From contig CAJWRW010000003.1 in NCBI GenBank assembly GCA_913046315.1, forward strand, positions 1-60,134: 60,134 nt of DNA. Direction: 5' to 3'. The stretch comes from an uncultured Flavobacteriales bacterium. GTDB lineage: Bacteria > Bacteroidota > Bacteroidia > Flavobacteriales > BACL11. The translations under genes and the position numbers were made by a program. The notes beneath the pieces are model-generated. The model was not told the DNA's origin. It did not search any database and worked only from the letters and a program-made list of their open reading frames with translations. Shown here piece after piece: positions 36,042 through 49,600 of the stretch (position 1 is its first letter; the number at the start of each line of letters is the position of its first letter).

Positions 36042-38969
36042 ATGAACAAAAAAACACTAATCATTATTTTAGTAGGCGTATTTTTTGCACTGCTAATTTT
36101 TAATCAAACAAAAGAGATGAAGAAAATAGAGAACAGATACAAAACGGCTAAGAACGACCCCTTGAATGCTAGAGTATACACGTTAGATAATGGGTTAAAA
36201 GTTTACTTAACTGTATATAAAGATGCGCCAAGAGTTCAAACGAATATTGCGATAAAAGCTGGCAGTAAAAATGATCCAGCAGATGCTACTGGCTTGGCAC
36301 ACTATTTAGAGCATATGCTTTTCAAAGGCACAGATATGTATGGGAGTCTCGATTATGAAAAAGAAAAACCACTTTTAGATAAAATTGAGGCTCTTTATGA
36401 AGAATTTCGTTCAATTGCAATGACTGATACTTTAAACAGAGAAAGAGTATGGAATCAAATTGATTCTATTTCTGGTGAAGCAGCAAAATATGCTATAGCT
36501 AATGAGTATGATAAGATGCTTAGTGGAATAGGAGCAAAAGGAACCAATGCTTACACATCAAATGAGAAGACTGTTTATGTAAATGATATTCCTTCTAATC
36601 AAATAGATAAATGGTTAAAAATAGAAGCAGAGCGTTTTAGGAAACCTGTTTTGAGGCTTTTTCATACCGAATTAGAAACCGTTTATGAAGAAAAAAACAG
36701 AGGATTAGATAACGATGGAAGAAAGATGTTTCAAGCGTTAATGTCAGGTATATTTAAGCAACATCAATATGGTACACAGTCAACTATTGGAACAATAACA
36801 CACCTTAAGAATCCTTCTTTAGTAGAAATTAATAAATTTTATGATAAGAATTATGTTCCAAATAATATGGCTATATGCCTTTCTGGAGATTTTGATTTTG
36901 ATCAGACTATTAAATTAATTGATAAGTATTGGGGTGGAAAAGAAAAAGCAGAAAATCCTGCTTTTGAGGTGATAGAAGAAAGTCCAATTGCTAAGCCAGT
37001 TATTAAGGAAGTGTATGGTCCTGAAGCTGAACGCTTGTACTTAGGCTTTCGTTTTGCAGGTGCTGCTGATCAGTCAGTGCCAAAATTAAGATTAATAGAC
37101 ATGATACTTTCAAATTCTACAGCGGGCCTGATTGATTTGAATTTAAATCAAGAGCAAAAACTGATAGGCGGCGGATGTTTTCCTCTTATAATGAAGGATT
37201 ATTCAATCCATGGATTTTATGGCAGCCCTAAACAAGGACAATCATTAGAGGAAGTAAAATCTTTGTTATTAGGAGAGATAGAAAAAGTCAAGCAAGGAGA
37301 TTTTGCAGATTGGTTAATTCCTGCTATTGTTAATGATTTAAAATTAGATCAAATTAAAAAATATGAAACTAATAATGGGCGAGCAGGTGAATTTGTTGAG
37401 GCTTTTACTCTTGATATTCCTTGGGAGAATTATACTAATGAGATCAATGCAATTGCAGCAGTTACCAAAGAAGAAGTGATGGAATTTGCAAAGCAGAACT
37501 ATCATAATAATTATGTGGTGGTTTATAAAAGAAAAGGCGAAGATACTTCTATAATGAAGGTCGCTAAACCTAAAATTACCCCAGTAGATGTTAATCGCAC
37601 ATCTGAATCCGATTTCCTGACAGCTATTATGGAAGAAGAGGTGAAAGAAATAGAACCTGTTTTCCTAGACTTTGAAACTGATATTCAAAAATCTAAAATT
37701 GGAGATGTAGAAGTGTTGCATAAGCAGAACTCAGAAAATGATATTTTCAAATTGTCCTACAAAATAAAAAAAGGAACTAATGACAATCCGCAATTTAAGA
37801 TGGCTTGTGATTACTTGAAATATTTAGGAACAGATAAAATATCAAACACTCAAAAGATGGAAGAGTTCTATAAAATTGGTGCAGAGATGAGTGTAAGTTG
37901 TAATAGTGAGGTGATTAAGATCTCATTAAATGGGTTAAACGAAAATTTTGATGCATCAGTTATGCTCATGGAAGATGTTTTGGAAAATGCAGTTGCAGAT
38001 GAGGATGCGCTTGCAAACTTAAAAATGGATATGCTAAAACAGAGAGCAAATGCCAAATTAAATAAGCAAACCATTCTTTTTAGAGCAATGGGTGCATATG
38101 CTAAATATGGAGCGTCTTCTTCCTTTACTAATGTACTTACTAATGAAGAGATTGAGCGCACTACGGCTCAACAACTTGTTGGAATTATTCATTCGCTTAC
38201 AAATGACCAGCATCAAGTGCTTTATTATGGCCCTTCTTCTGTTGAAGAATTCACCCAAAAGATATCAAAACTGCATACTAATACAACTGCATTAAATCCG
38301 CTTGATAATGAAAGTAAATTTGAAGAGTTGGATATTAATTCTAATAAAGTTTATGTTGTTGATTATGATATGAAACAAGCAGAAGTTTTGTTTTTGGCTA
38401 AAGGGAGCAAACTAAATACTGATGATGTTCCGCTTATTCGTTTTCACAATTCATATTTTGGGGGAGGAATGAGCTCAATTGTTTTCCAAGAGTTAAGAGA
38501 GTCAAAAGCATTGGCCTATTCGGTTTATAGTACTTATAGTATTCCGCAAGACGATAAAGATTCCCACTATTCTTTCTCATACATTGGTACGCAAGCTGAC
38601 AAATTAGATGAGGCTATGGAGGGTATGATGGCTTTACTTCAAAGTATGCCAGAAGCTGAAAGCAATATGAAAAGTGCTAAAGAAGGTGTGATTCAAAAGA
38701 TTAGAACTGAAAGGCTAACCAAATCTAAGATTTTATCCGAATACCAAAAAGCAGAAAAAATGGGAATTGATTATGATATCAGAAAAAATGTATATGCTGC
38801 TATTCCTGAATTCAATATGGAAGATTTGATTAACTTCCATAATGAGTTCGTAAAAAATGAAAATTATACGATAATGGTGCTTGGCGATAAAGACGCGCTA
38901 GATATGGATGTGCTGCAAAGTTATGGTGAAATAAAACACTTGACTTTAGAGGATATTTTTGGATACTAA
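36042..38969 (+). CDS. M16-family (insulinase/pitrilysin-like) zinc peptidase, large secreted form
   Basis: ~975 aa. Signal/anchor MNKKTLIIILVGVFFALLIF and inverted zinc motif HYLEHMLFKG (HxxEH). The N- and C-halves are duplicated. Confidence 0.88.
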   Translation: MNKKTLIIILVGVFFALLIFNQTKEMKKIENRYKTAKNDPLNARVYTLDNGLKVYLTVYKDAPRVQTNIAIKAGSKNDPADATGLAHYLEHMLFKGTDMYGSLDYEKEKPLLDKIEALYEEFRSIAMTDTLNRERVWNQIDSISGEAAKYAIANEYDKMLSGIGAKGTNAYTSNEKTVYVNDIPSNQIDKWLKIEAERFRKPVLRLFHTELETVYEEKNRGLDNDGRKMFQALMSGIFKQHQYGTQSTIGTITHLKNPSLVEINKFYDKNYVPNNMAICLSGDFDFDQTIKLIDKYWGGKEKAENPAFEVIEESPIAKPVIKEVYGPEAERLYLGFRFAGAADQSVPKLRLIDMILSNSTAGLIDLNLNQEQKLIGGGCFPLIMKDYSIHGFYGSPKQGQSLEEVKSLLLGEIEKVKQGDFADWLIPAIVNDLKLDQIKKYETNNGRAGEFVEAFTLDIPWENYTNEINAIAAVTKEEVMEFAKQNYHNNYVVVYKRKGEDTSIMKVAKPKITPVDVNRTSESDFLTAIMEEEVKEIEPVFLDFETDIQKSKIGDVEVLHKQNSENDIFKLSYKIKKGTNDNPQFKMACDYLKYLGTDKISNTQKMEEFYKIGAEMSVSCNSEVIKISLNGLNENFDASVMLMEDVLENAVADEDALANLKMDMLKQRANAKLNKQTILFRAMGAYAKYGASSSFTNVLTNEEIERTTAQQLVGIIHSLTNDQHQVLYYGPSSVEEFTQKISKLHTNTTALNPLDNESKFEELDINSNKVYVVDYDMKQAEVLFLAKGSKLNTDDVPLIRFHNSYFGGGMSSIVFQELRESKALAYSVYSTYSIPQDDKDSHYSFSYIGTQADKLDEAMEGMMALLQSMPEAESNMKSAKEGVIQKIRTERLTKSKILSEYQKAEKMGIDYDIRKNVYAAIPEFNMEDLINFHNEFVKNENYTIMVLGDKDALDMDVLQSYGEIKHLTLEDIFGY

Positions 38970-38974
38970 TTTGC

Positions 38975-41233
<2,259 letters not shown>

Positions 41234-41272
41234 TTGTTGGGCGGGCTCTGGCTGAGTAATTCCTTCTATTTA

Positions 41273-42676
41273 TTAATTGAAGAATTTATCGTTAAAATTA
41301 ATCAAATATAACTTTTTACTTGCTCTTGTTAGTGCTGTGTAGAGCCATCTCAAATACGATTTGTCTAACATTTCTTCTGTAAAATAACCTAAATCTACAA
41401 ATACATTTTCCCATTCTCCTCCTTGAGATTTATGACAAGTAATGGCGTAAGCAAATTTTACATACAAAGCATTGTAAAACGGATTATCCTTTACCTTCTG
41501 ATTGATTTCTTTTTCTCCTTTATAATCCAAGCAAATTTCATCATATAATTTACAATATTGCTCATTGGTAAGAGAAGCGTTATTGGAAGTTAGTGTGTCT
41601 AAAAGCAGGATAACTTCCAATCGCAAGTTGACAGTTCCATCCACTAGTTTTATAGTTGCTTTAGCAAAATGAAACCCATAGCGCTTAATCCGCTCCTTTA
41701 TTTTTACCACTTCAATACTATCACCATTTGCAATAAAATCAGGCATTTCTTCCTGTTCCATCCAATAGTAATTGTTGCGTACTACGATAAGCAAGTCGCC
41801 AGCTGAAATTTCATCTTCTTGCCACCTTATTTTTGTTCTGATTTGCTGGTTGTATAGGTTGGCTCTTTTGTTGGAGCGGCATAGTACGGTAGTCGCATTT
41901 ACGCCCTCATTACTATATGCAGATTCTAAAGCATCTTGCAGATTTTCCCCTGTGTTTAGGCGAATAACTTCAGTATTTACGCTGAATTTTGGAAAGCAAT
42001 AATCTTCTTTAGTTATTTGCTTTCTAAGTGCAGTTGCATTTTTCAAAATTTCAGAATTTTGTTGCTGACGCACTACTTGCGTGAGCTGTTTCACAGTGAT
42101 AGATTTATTGTAGTTTTTTTGCAAGAACTCTTCGTCAAGAGCTGGGCTAATATCTAGATGAACTGGAGGAAGTTGGGCAGTATCACCAATAAGAAAAAGT
42201 TTACAATCCATACCATCATTTATGTAGGCGATCAAATCATCTAATAATGAGCGATTGCCAAATCCTTTATCTGAACTGGCTGGAATCATAGAGGCTTCAT
42301 CCACTATAAAAATAGTGTTGGTATGGGTATTTTTTTTCAGGGTGATATAAGCATTACCTTTTTTGTTGGTGCGAATCCAATAAATTTTTTTGTGTATGGT
42401 GCTTGCCGATTTTTTGGAATAGTTTGAAAGTACTTTTGCAGCTTTTCCTGTGGGGGATAAAAGTACAGATCGCTTTCCTAAAACAGGTAGTGATTTTACC
42501 AATGAGGCAACAATTGTTGTTTTTCCAGTTCCTGCATATCCTTTGAGTAAGAAGATGCTTTTGTTTTCAAGAGTGGTAATGTAATTCGCTAAGTCGCTAA
42601 TGAGTTGCTCTTGCTGTTTTGTTGGAGTAAATGGAAAATGAAGAAAAAGCTTCTCTTGTAATTTCTTGTGTTTCAT
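41273..42676 (-). CDS. RecD-like SF1 DNA helicase (AAA_30 / UvrD_C_2 architecture)
   Basis: 467 aa. Walker A GYAGTGKTT, Walker B IFIVDEASM, GDTAQLPPV, and the C-terminal motif AITCHKSQGGEW. Confidence 0.85.
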   Translation of the reverse strand: MKHKKLQEKLFLHFPFTPTKQQEQLISDLANYITTLENKSIFLLKGYAGTGKTTIVASLVKSLPVLGKRSVLLSPTGKAAKVLSNYSKKSASTIHKKIYWIRTNKKGNAYITLKKNTHTNTIFIVDEASMIPASSDKGFGNRSLLDDLIAYINDGMDCKLFLIGDTAQLPPVHLDISPALDEEFLQKNYNKSITVKQLTQVVRQQQNSEILKNATALRKQITKEDYCFPKFSVNTEVIRLNTGENLQDALESAYSNEGVNATTVLCRSNKRANLYNQQIRTKIRWQEDEISAGDLLIVVRNNYYWMEQEEMPDFIANGDSIEVVKIKERIKRYGFHFAKATIKLVDGTVNLRLEVILLLDTLTSNNASLTNEQYCKLYDEICLDYKGEKEINQKVKDNPFYNALYVKFAYAITCHKSQGGEWENVFVDLGYFTEEMLDKSYLRWLYTALTRASKKLYLINFNDKFFN

Positions 42677-43689
42677 TACAAGATGTTTACTTCTGGTACT
42701 ATTTGAATGTCGTACTTTTCTTTTACTATAGTTTGAATTTCTTTGGCTAAAGCTATGATTTCTTCCCCACTTGCCTCACCATAATTTACAAGTACCAAAG
42801 CTTGATTTATATGTACTCCTGCATCTGCTTTTCTGTATCCTTTAAGCCCTGCATTGTCAATGAGCCATCCAGCCGCTACTTTTGTTTCTGTTTCTGAAAT
42901 TTTATAACCAACTAACTTAGGAAATTTTTTTTGTAATGCCGTAAATTTTGGTGTTAGAATAACTGGGTTTTTAAAAAAACTACCGCTATTTCCTAATTCT
43001 TCAGGGTTTGGTAATTTTCTACTTCTGATATTAATAACAGCTTCTGCAATGCTTTGAGGAGAAGGCGCTTTATCTAAACTTTTTAATTCCTCTGCAATTA
43101 CCCCATAGGATGTTTTGTTAAATGGAATTTTACTAAGATTGAAAGTTACTTTTGTAATGATAAATTCACCTTTCCGCTTTCCTTTAAATATCGAGTTTCT
43201 GTATTGAAACTCACATTCAGCATTCGAGAAAGTTTTTACTTTTTGAGTAGCAATTTCTATTGCGGCAACTTTAATTATAGTATCTTTTACTTCCAGACCA
43301 TAGGCGCCTATGTTTTGGATTGGACTTGCTCCAACTGTTCCTGGAATAAGTGCTAGATTCTCAATTCCAGAAAGCCCTTGACTTACGCTCCACATTACAA
43401 AATTATGCCAATTTTTGCCAGCACCAACCTCTACTATAACATCATTTTTATTATCCTCTAAAATGCAAATTCCTGCTATTTTATTATGAATGATTAAGCC
43501 ATCATAATCTTCTTTAAAAAGTACGTTTGAGCCCCCTCCCAAAACAAAGGTTTTGTTGTTTTTGTAAATTTCTGAAATTAAAATACTATTAAGTTCAGCA
43601 ATAGATTCAAATGCTGTGAAATATTTGGCTTTTGCATCAATACCAAAAGTATTATAGGTTTTTAGGGAGAAATTTTCTGAAAAAATCAT
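42676..43689 (-). CDS. murB: UDP-N-acetylenolpyruvoylglucosamine reductase
   Basis: FAD-binding domain (LKTYNTFGI, VLGGGSNVLF) and a C-terminal MurB domain (GSFFKNP, AGWLIDNAGLKG). I prefer the start at ATG 43689 (MIFSENF) over 43716. Confidence 0.92.
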   Translation of the reverse strand: MIFSENFSLKTYNTFGIDAKAKYFTAFESIAELNSILISEIYKNNKTFVLGGGSNVLFKEDYDGLIIHNKIAGICILEDNKNDVIVEVGAGKNWHNFVMWSVSQGLSGIENLALIPGTVGASPIQNIGAYGLEVKDTIIKVAAIEIATQKVKTFSNAECEFQYRNSIFKGKRKGEFIITKVTFNLSKIPFNKTSYGVIAEELKSLDKAPSPQSIAEAVINIRSRKLPNPEELGNSGSFFKNPVILTPKFTALQKKFPKLVGYKISETETKVAAGWLIDNAGLKGYRKADAGVHINQALVLVNYGEASGEEIIALAKEIQTIVKEKYDIQIVPEVNIL

Positions 43690-43694
43690 GAGTT

Positions 43695-43702
43695 CAAAAG
43701 TA
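43695..43702 (-). promoter_or_regulatory. -7 promoter box (TActTTTG) 5 nt upstream of the murB ATG (near-leaderless mRNA?)
   Basis: Forward CAAAAGTA. The minus strand reads TACTTTTG-AACTC-ATG. Confidence 0.35.
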
Positions 43703-43761
43703 GTAAAACAAATCATACCATTTAGCGTTTTAAAAACTGTATTTTCGCTAAAAAATTATTC

Positions 43762-44862
43762 TTGAAACGAATTATTATTTCTGTAACTTCCGATTTATGT
43801 ACTGACCAAAGAGTACATAAAGTTGCTACAACTTTAAGTGAGATGGGGTTTGATGTTCTGCTTTTAGGTAGACAACTTGCTGATAGTTTACCTGTAGAAA
43901 GAAATTATAAAACAAAAAGGTTGAAGCTTTTTTTTAATCAGGAAGTGTGGTTTTATATGGAATACAATATTCGTCTTTTTTTCATTTTGCTTTTCACTAA
44001 AGCTGATGTTTTTCTGGCGAATGATTTAGATACCCTGTTGCCTAATTTCTTGGTTTCTAAGATTAAACACAAACCTTTGGTATATGATTCCCATGAGATG
44101 TTTTGTGAAGGCCCTGAATTACAAGGTAGAAAGTTTGTGCAATCGGTTTGGCGGTTAATTGAAAAATCAATTTTACCAAAACTAAAATATGCTTATACAG
44201 TTTCTCATTCCATTGCGATTGCCTATAAGAATGATTATGAAGTAGATTTTAAAGTAATTAGAAACATTTCAAAGTTAGAAAGTAAAACTAAGGAAGTGAA
44301 GCAATTAAATTTTGATGATAAAAAAATCATTTTGTATCAAGGAGTAATGAATCCTGGAAGAGGGTTAGAAGAGATGATTGCTGCCATGCCACTTATTAAT
44401 AATGCAGTATTGCTTATTATAGGTTTTGGAAAAGTTGAGCAGGAGCTAAAGGAATTGGTAAAAGAAAAACATCTTGAGGGTAAAGTGATATTTTTTGGCA
44501 AGGTACCGTTTGAACAATTGTTATCCTATTCAGAACAGGCAGATATTGGTTTGCTTTTGGAAAGACCATTGGGGCTCAGTTTTGCTTATGCATTGCCTAA
44601 TAAACTATTTGATTACATTCATGCAAACTTACCAATAATTGCCTCTCCTTTAGTAGAAGTGAAAAGCATTGTGCAGCAATATAATATTGGGAAAATTGTA
44701 GAAAGTTATAATGCAGAATATTTGGCAGCAACAATAAATGAAATGCTTTCAAATATTGAGCAAAGAAATTCTTGGAAGCAAAATATTCAAGAGGCTAAAA
44801 AAGAGTTAAACTGGGAAAAGGAAGAGAAAAAACTCCAAAATATTTATGCTCATTTTTTATAA
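43762..44862 (+). CDS. Glycosyltransferase family 4 (GT-B fold)
   Basis: 366 aa. TTG start with no nearby ATG. The C-terminal half has the GT4 pattern (ILYQGVMNPGRGLEE...FGKVPFEQL...LPNKLFDY). Confidence 0.8.
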   Translation: MKRIIISVTSDLCTDQRVHKVATTLSEMGFDVLLLGRQLADSLPVERNYKTKRLKLFFNQEVWFYMEYNIRLFFILLFTKADVFLANDLDTLLPNFLVSKIKHKPLVYDSHEMFCEGPELQGRKFVQSVWRLIEKSILPKLKYAYTVSHSIAIAYKNDYEVDFKVIRNISKLESKTKEVKQLNFDDKKIILYQGVMNPGRGLEEMIAAMPLINNAVLLIIGFGKVEQELKELVKEKHLEGKVIFFGKVPFEQLLSYSEQADIGLLLERPLGLSFAYALPNKLFDYIHANLPIIASPLVEVKSIVQQYNIGKIVESYNAEYLAATINEMLSNIEQRNSWKQNIQEAKKELNWEKEEKKLQNIYAHFL

Positions 44863-45573
44863 AAGTCCAATCGTATTGAGTAAATATTTTACTAAGCTCA
44901 GGCTTCCATACACTATAAATTGCACAGCATTCAACTGCTCTTTTTTTATTAAAAATTCTTCTTTATAATGTGGCCAACCTTTTTGTTTTGAGATCCCTTC
45001 TCTTCCACAAAGAGCAAAATCAGTGTCTAAATATAGCGCTTTCTTCTGCTCAAAGAAAAGTTGCAAGTTAAAATCGTAATCCGCTAGAATAGGATAATTC
45101 GTGTTAAACGACTTTCCATAAAAACACCTTTTGTGATAAAGCGTTGCTTGATGATGAAGACTATTTTTTAATAAAAGTTTTTTGGAGAATTCGCTTCTGT
45201 AATTAGTGTTGTCAGTGTATTTGATATTGCCAAAAACGATTTCAAACGCATGTAAATTGTTATTGAAAATAGTAGACAAGCTATTTTCTATTAAACAATC
45301 ATCAGCTCCCATAAAGTAAAGCCAGTCCCCATTTGACTTGTCGATTGCCTTATTCATGGCATGATACAGATTCTTGTCTTTTGTACTTTCATAGTAGCTG
45401 ATTTTATGATGGTATTTTTGTATTACATCAAAAGTACCATCTTCGGAACCACCATCAATCACAATCAATTCGTAATTTATAAAATCTTGACCAAACACAC
45501 TTTGTAATGCCTTTTCAAGCATTTGTTTTTGGTTTAAAACAGGAATAATAATACTAATTTTTGGATGTTGCAC
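44857..45573 (-). CDS. Glycosyltransferase family 2
   Basis: 238 aa with a GTG start. Motifs ISIIIPVLNQ, IVIDGGSEDGT and FMGADD (DxD). Confidence 0.85.
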   Translation of the reverse strand: MQHPKISIIIPVLNQKQMLEKALQSVFGQDFINYELIVIDGGSEDGTFDVIQKYHHKISYYESTKDKNLYHAMNKAIDKSNGDWLYFMGADDCLIENSLSTIFNNNLHAFEIVFGNIKYTDNTNYRSEFSKKLLLKNSLHHQATLYHKRCFYGKSFNTNYPILADYDFNLQLFFEQKKALYLDTDFALCGREGISKQKGWPHYKEEFLIKKEQLNAVQFIVYGSLSLVKYLLNTIGLL

Positions 45574-45582
45574 TTTGCAATA

Positions 45583-46263
45583 TTAAAGCGTTTCGCTATT
45601 CGTTTCTTTAAGAGAACGATTTTCGCACACAAAAGTATGTGAAGGGAATTTTTCTATGATATTATAATCGTGAGTAGCCACAACTATGGTCGTTCCTTTA
45701 TCGTTTATTTCTTTTAGTAGCTCAATAATTTTTTCGGATTTCTCAGGATCCAAGTTCCCAGTTGGCTCATCAGCTAAAATAATTTTAGGATGATTTAGAA
45801 GCGCTCTTGCTATTGTGGCTCTTTGCTGCTCTCCTCCCGATAATTCATGAGGCATTTTTTGCTCGCAGCCTTCCAAATGAACATTATCTAAAACTTGCTT
45901 TATTCTTTCTTTCATTTTCAACTTCTCAGTCCAGCCAGTAGATTGCAGTACAAACAGCAAATTATCATAAACTGTTCTGTCGGTAAGTAATTGAAAATCT
46001 TGAAAAACTATACCTAATTTTTTTCGCAATGCTGAGACTCCATTATAGTCTAGCTTATTTACATCAGAATCTAATACTTTTACCTCTCCTTTATTGACGC
46101 TTAACTCAGCATATAAGGATTTGAGCAGTGAGCTTTTTCCACTTCCTGTCTTTCCTATAATGTAAATGAATTCTCCTGCTGAAATTTTAAAATTAATATC
46201 TTGAAAAATAACATTTGTTTTTTGCAAAATATCAACTCTTTTTAGTTCGATAATTGGATTCAT
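45583..46263 (-). CDS. ftsE: Cell-division ABC ATPase FtsE-like
   Basis: 226 aa. Walker A GKTGSGKSS, signature LSGGEQQR, Walker B ILADEPTGNLD. No ftsX is adjacent. Confidence 0.75.
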   Translation of the reverse strand: MNPIIELKRVDILQKTNVIFQDINFKISAGEFIYIIGKTGSGKSSLLKSLYAELSVNKGEVKVLDSDVNKLDYNGVSALRKKLGIVFQDFQLLTDRTVYDNLLFVLQSTGWTEKLKMKERIKQVLDNVHLEGCEQKMPHELSGGEQQRATIARALLNHPKIILADEPTGNLDPEKSEKIIELLKEINDKGTTIVVATHDYNIIEKFPSHTFVCENRSLKETNSETL

Positions 46264-46472
46264 AATTGAATGTCTAATTGTTTCAGTTTGCCGAATTTCA
46301 TTTCTTTTAATGCATCCATTATAGCTTTGCTGTGCTCTTGCATTCTATTCTTTCTAATTCCAGCTTCTTGTTGGTCTAGCCGAAAATAGGCGCGTAATGT
46401 CATGTCCTGATCTCGTATTTGTACAAAATCTGGAATCTTATCCGTACCTTTTATTTTTAAGATGTAAATCAT
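46260..46472 (-). CDS. Small hypothetical protein translationally coupled to ftsE
   Basis: 70 aa counted from ATG 46472 (MIYILKIKGTDKIPDF...). ATGA overlap with ftsE. No recognisable domain. Confidence 0.5.
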   Translation of the reverse strand: MIYILKIKGTDKIPDFVQIRDQDMTLRAYFRLDQQEAGIRKNRMQEHSKAIMDALKEMKFGKLKQLDIQL

Positions 46473-46623
46473 TTCTAAAGCCAATCGCAAAGTAAATAAA
46501 ATATTAATTTTTAAGAATGTAAATTAAGGCTAATTGTTAGCAATAGTTGTTGAAAACTCATATTTATTAACTTTCAATTTGTAGGCATATTTTTTATTTT
46601 TATTTGCGATATTGAATACCGTT

Positions 46624-49600
46624 ATGCTTAAAAAATACTCTCTTTTAGCCGTTTTCTTTTTGTCTGTTTTTCTGCTATCAGCACAAGTTCAAAGTACATC
46701 TGTTTTTACAGATGCTAAAGCGCTTTTTAAAGAAAAAAACTATGTTGTAGCTCAGAACTTATTTTATCAAATATACAATGATAAATCTGCTTTGGAATCT
46801 CAAAGAGAAGAGGCGCTTTTTCATATAGCAATTTGCAGTAAGAAATTATTTAATGAAGATGCAGAATTTTGGTTTGACGAATTTCTTTCTTCCTATCCTT
46901 ACTCATCAAAAATAAATTCGGTAAATTATGAGTTGGGCTTGTATTATTATAGTAAAAAATCATACGATAAGACCATTAATTACTTTGCGAAATGTGATAA
47001 CACTAATGATGAATATAACTTTAAATTGGCATATAGCTATTTCATCCTTGACTCTTTATCTTCATCAAAATATTATTTCTCAAAATTATTAAATGTTAAT
47101 TCAAAATATGCTAGCTCGTCCAACTATTTTTATGCACATATTGCGTATAAGCAGCAACATTACAAAACCGCTTTATCAGCTTTTTTGAAGCTAAAAGATG
47201 ATGATAATTTTGCCAATATTATTCCCTATTATATTAGTCAAATTTACTTTTTACAAAAAAGATATGATGAGTTGGTTGCTTATGCAGAGCCTATGATTGA
47301 TAAAGTGATTTCATCTAGAGAAGGAGAATTAAACAGAGTTCTTGCAGAAGCCTATTACAATAAAAAAGATTATAAATCCGCAACTGAATATTTTGAAGTT
47401 TATTTTGAAAAATCATCACATTCCACTTCATTAGATAAATTACAACTTGGTCATGCTTATCATAACATAAGTGATTTTGAAAATGCAATTAGGTATTTAG
47501 AACCTTTACAATTTGATGTTGATAGTAGCACTCAATTTACAGCTTATTATTTAGCAAATAGTTATTTGCAAATTGATGAAAAACAGTATGCTTTAGCCGC
47601 TTTTAAAAAAGCTGCAGATATTAATTATAATCCTTTATTGCAGGAAGATGCTTATTTTAATTATGCGAAACTTTCTTATGAGTTGGACTTGCCCTTTGAA
47701 AATGTGCTTAGTATTTTGCAACAGTATTTAAACAATTTTGAAAATTCAGCACATAAAAAGTTGATTAATGATTTGATGATTAATGCTTTACAAAATACTA
47801 GTCGCTATGAGCAAGCTTTTAAAAAATTAGAAGCAATTGAATATCCTTCACAGAAGCAAAAGCTGGCAATTCAAAGGCTCTGTTTTTTTATTGGAGTAAA
47901 AGCATTTAATAATGCAGATTTTAATCAAGCAATTTCACTTTTTGAGAATTCAAATAAGTATCCTATAGATGATGATGTTTTTGCCATCAGCACTTATTGG
48001 TTGGCCGATTGTTATTTCAGGCTTTCAGATTACTCAAATTCAATTAAACTTTATAATGATTATTTAGCGCTTTCACTGTCTTCTACCACTGATTTTGCTC
48101 AATATAATTTGGCTTATGCATATTTTCAGCAAAAAGATTATCAAAAAGCAAAAAATAGTTTTCGTAAATTCATAAAAATCGCGAAAGACTCTATGCGTTT
48201 GAATGATGCATATTTAAGATTAGCCGATTGTTATTTTATGCTTTCAGATTTCAGGATGGCAGAGAAAAATTATGCAAAAGCAATCAGCTGCAATTTGTTT
48301 GATGCTGATTATGCACTTTACAATCAATCTGTTTGTCTTGGGCTGATTGGTAAGTATTCAGCTAAAGAGAAAATATTAAAGCAATTTATTGAGAGCCACC
48401 AAAAGTCTATATATTTTGATGATGCTTTGCTTGATTTAGCAGTTTATTGCAAAAACAACAATCAAAAAGAGAAAGCGCTTGATACTTATAATCAGTTGCT
48501 CAACTTCATTTCAGATGAACATTTAAAAGCCAAAATTCATTTAAGTAAAGGCATGATTTATTTTAATGCAGGAGATACTGAAAAAGCAATCGTATCATTT
48601 ATGGTTGTTATTAATGATTTTGCAAAAACTACTTATTTTAAAGATGCGCTTTCAGGCATGCGAGCCGCTTACATTAGCATTGCAAAAGTAGATGAGTATT
48701 TGGCCGTTGTTAATGCTTTATCTCAAGTTAATATCAGTAGGGCTGACCAAGATTCTTTAACTTATAATACTGCATTTATGAAATTTGCAGAGGGCGATTA
48801 CTCAGTTGCAAGAAATACTTTTAAGAACTATATCTCTAATTTCTCTGATGGTATTTTTTTAGTGGATGCTAATTATTATTTAGCTGAAAGCTGTAAAGAA
48901 GAAAATGATTCTGCATGTGTACTTAATGCTTTTCGTGAAGTGATAAAAGCAAATAGCCAACATTTAGAACCTGCTAATTTGTATTTAGCAAGGCATTATT
49001 TCAAATTATCAGATTTTGACCAGTCGATTAATTATTATCGGGCAGTAGAAAAAATTGCAACTAATAACAGTTCGAAAAGAGAAGCGATTATTCGTTTGAT
49101 GCTAGCTAATAAAGAAGTTGAAAAAGCTTCTGAAGATGCGGTAGTCTATGCCAAAAAAGTACTTCAATTAGACAAAGTTGACCAAGGTTTGAAAAACAAA
49201 GCAGATTTGATTTTAGCGGAGAGCTTTTTTGATAATGGGAATTTTCAAAAAGCAGAGAAAGTATTTGCTGATTTAAGTAAAAATTCGGAAACTTCAATTG
49301 GTGCAGAAGCCACTTATATGCTTGCTTATCTTAGTTTTTTAAATGATAGTTTGCAGCAAGCAGAAAACAATATTTACCATTTGGCTAATGATTTTACAGC
49401 TGACTATTGGATAGCTAAAGGTTTTATTTTACTATCTGAAATTTATGCGCAAAAAGGAAATTATTTTCAAGCAAAAGCAACCTTAGAGTCAATTATTGAG
49501 AATTATCAAGGAGAGGAGTTACTAATTGTAGCAAGAAAAAAGTTTGAAGCAATTTTGCAAAAAGAAATTACAGTTGCTGCTGCAAGAGCAGAAAAAAAGT

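Noticed and set aside
41273-42676. RecD-like SF1 helicase considered as a possible defence-system component.
   Set aside because: Its start overlaps the murB stop, in a housekeeping context. It has no nuclease, methylase, sensor or other partner genes, and its size and motifs fit the common stand-alone Bacteroidota RecD-like helicase.
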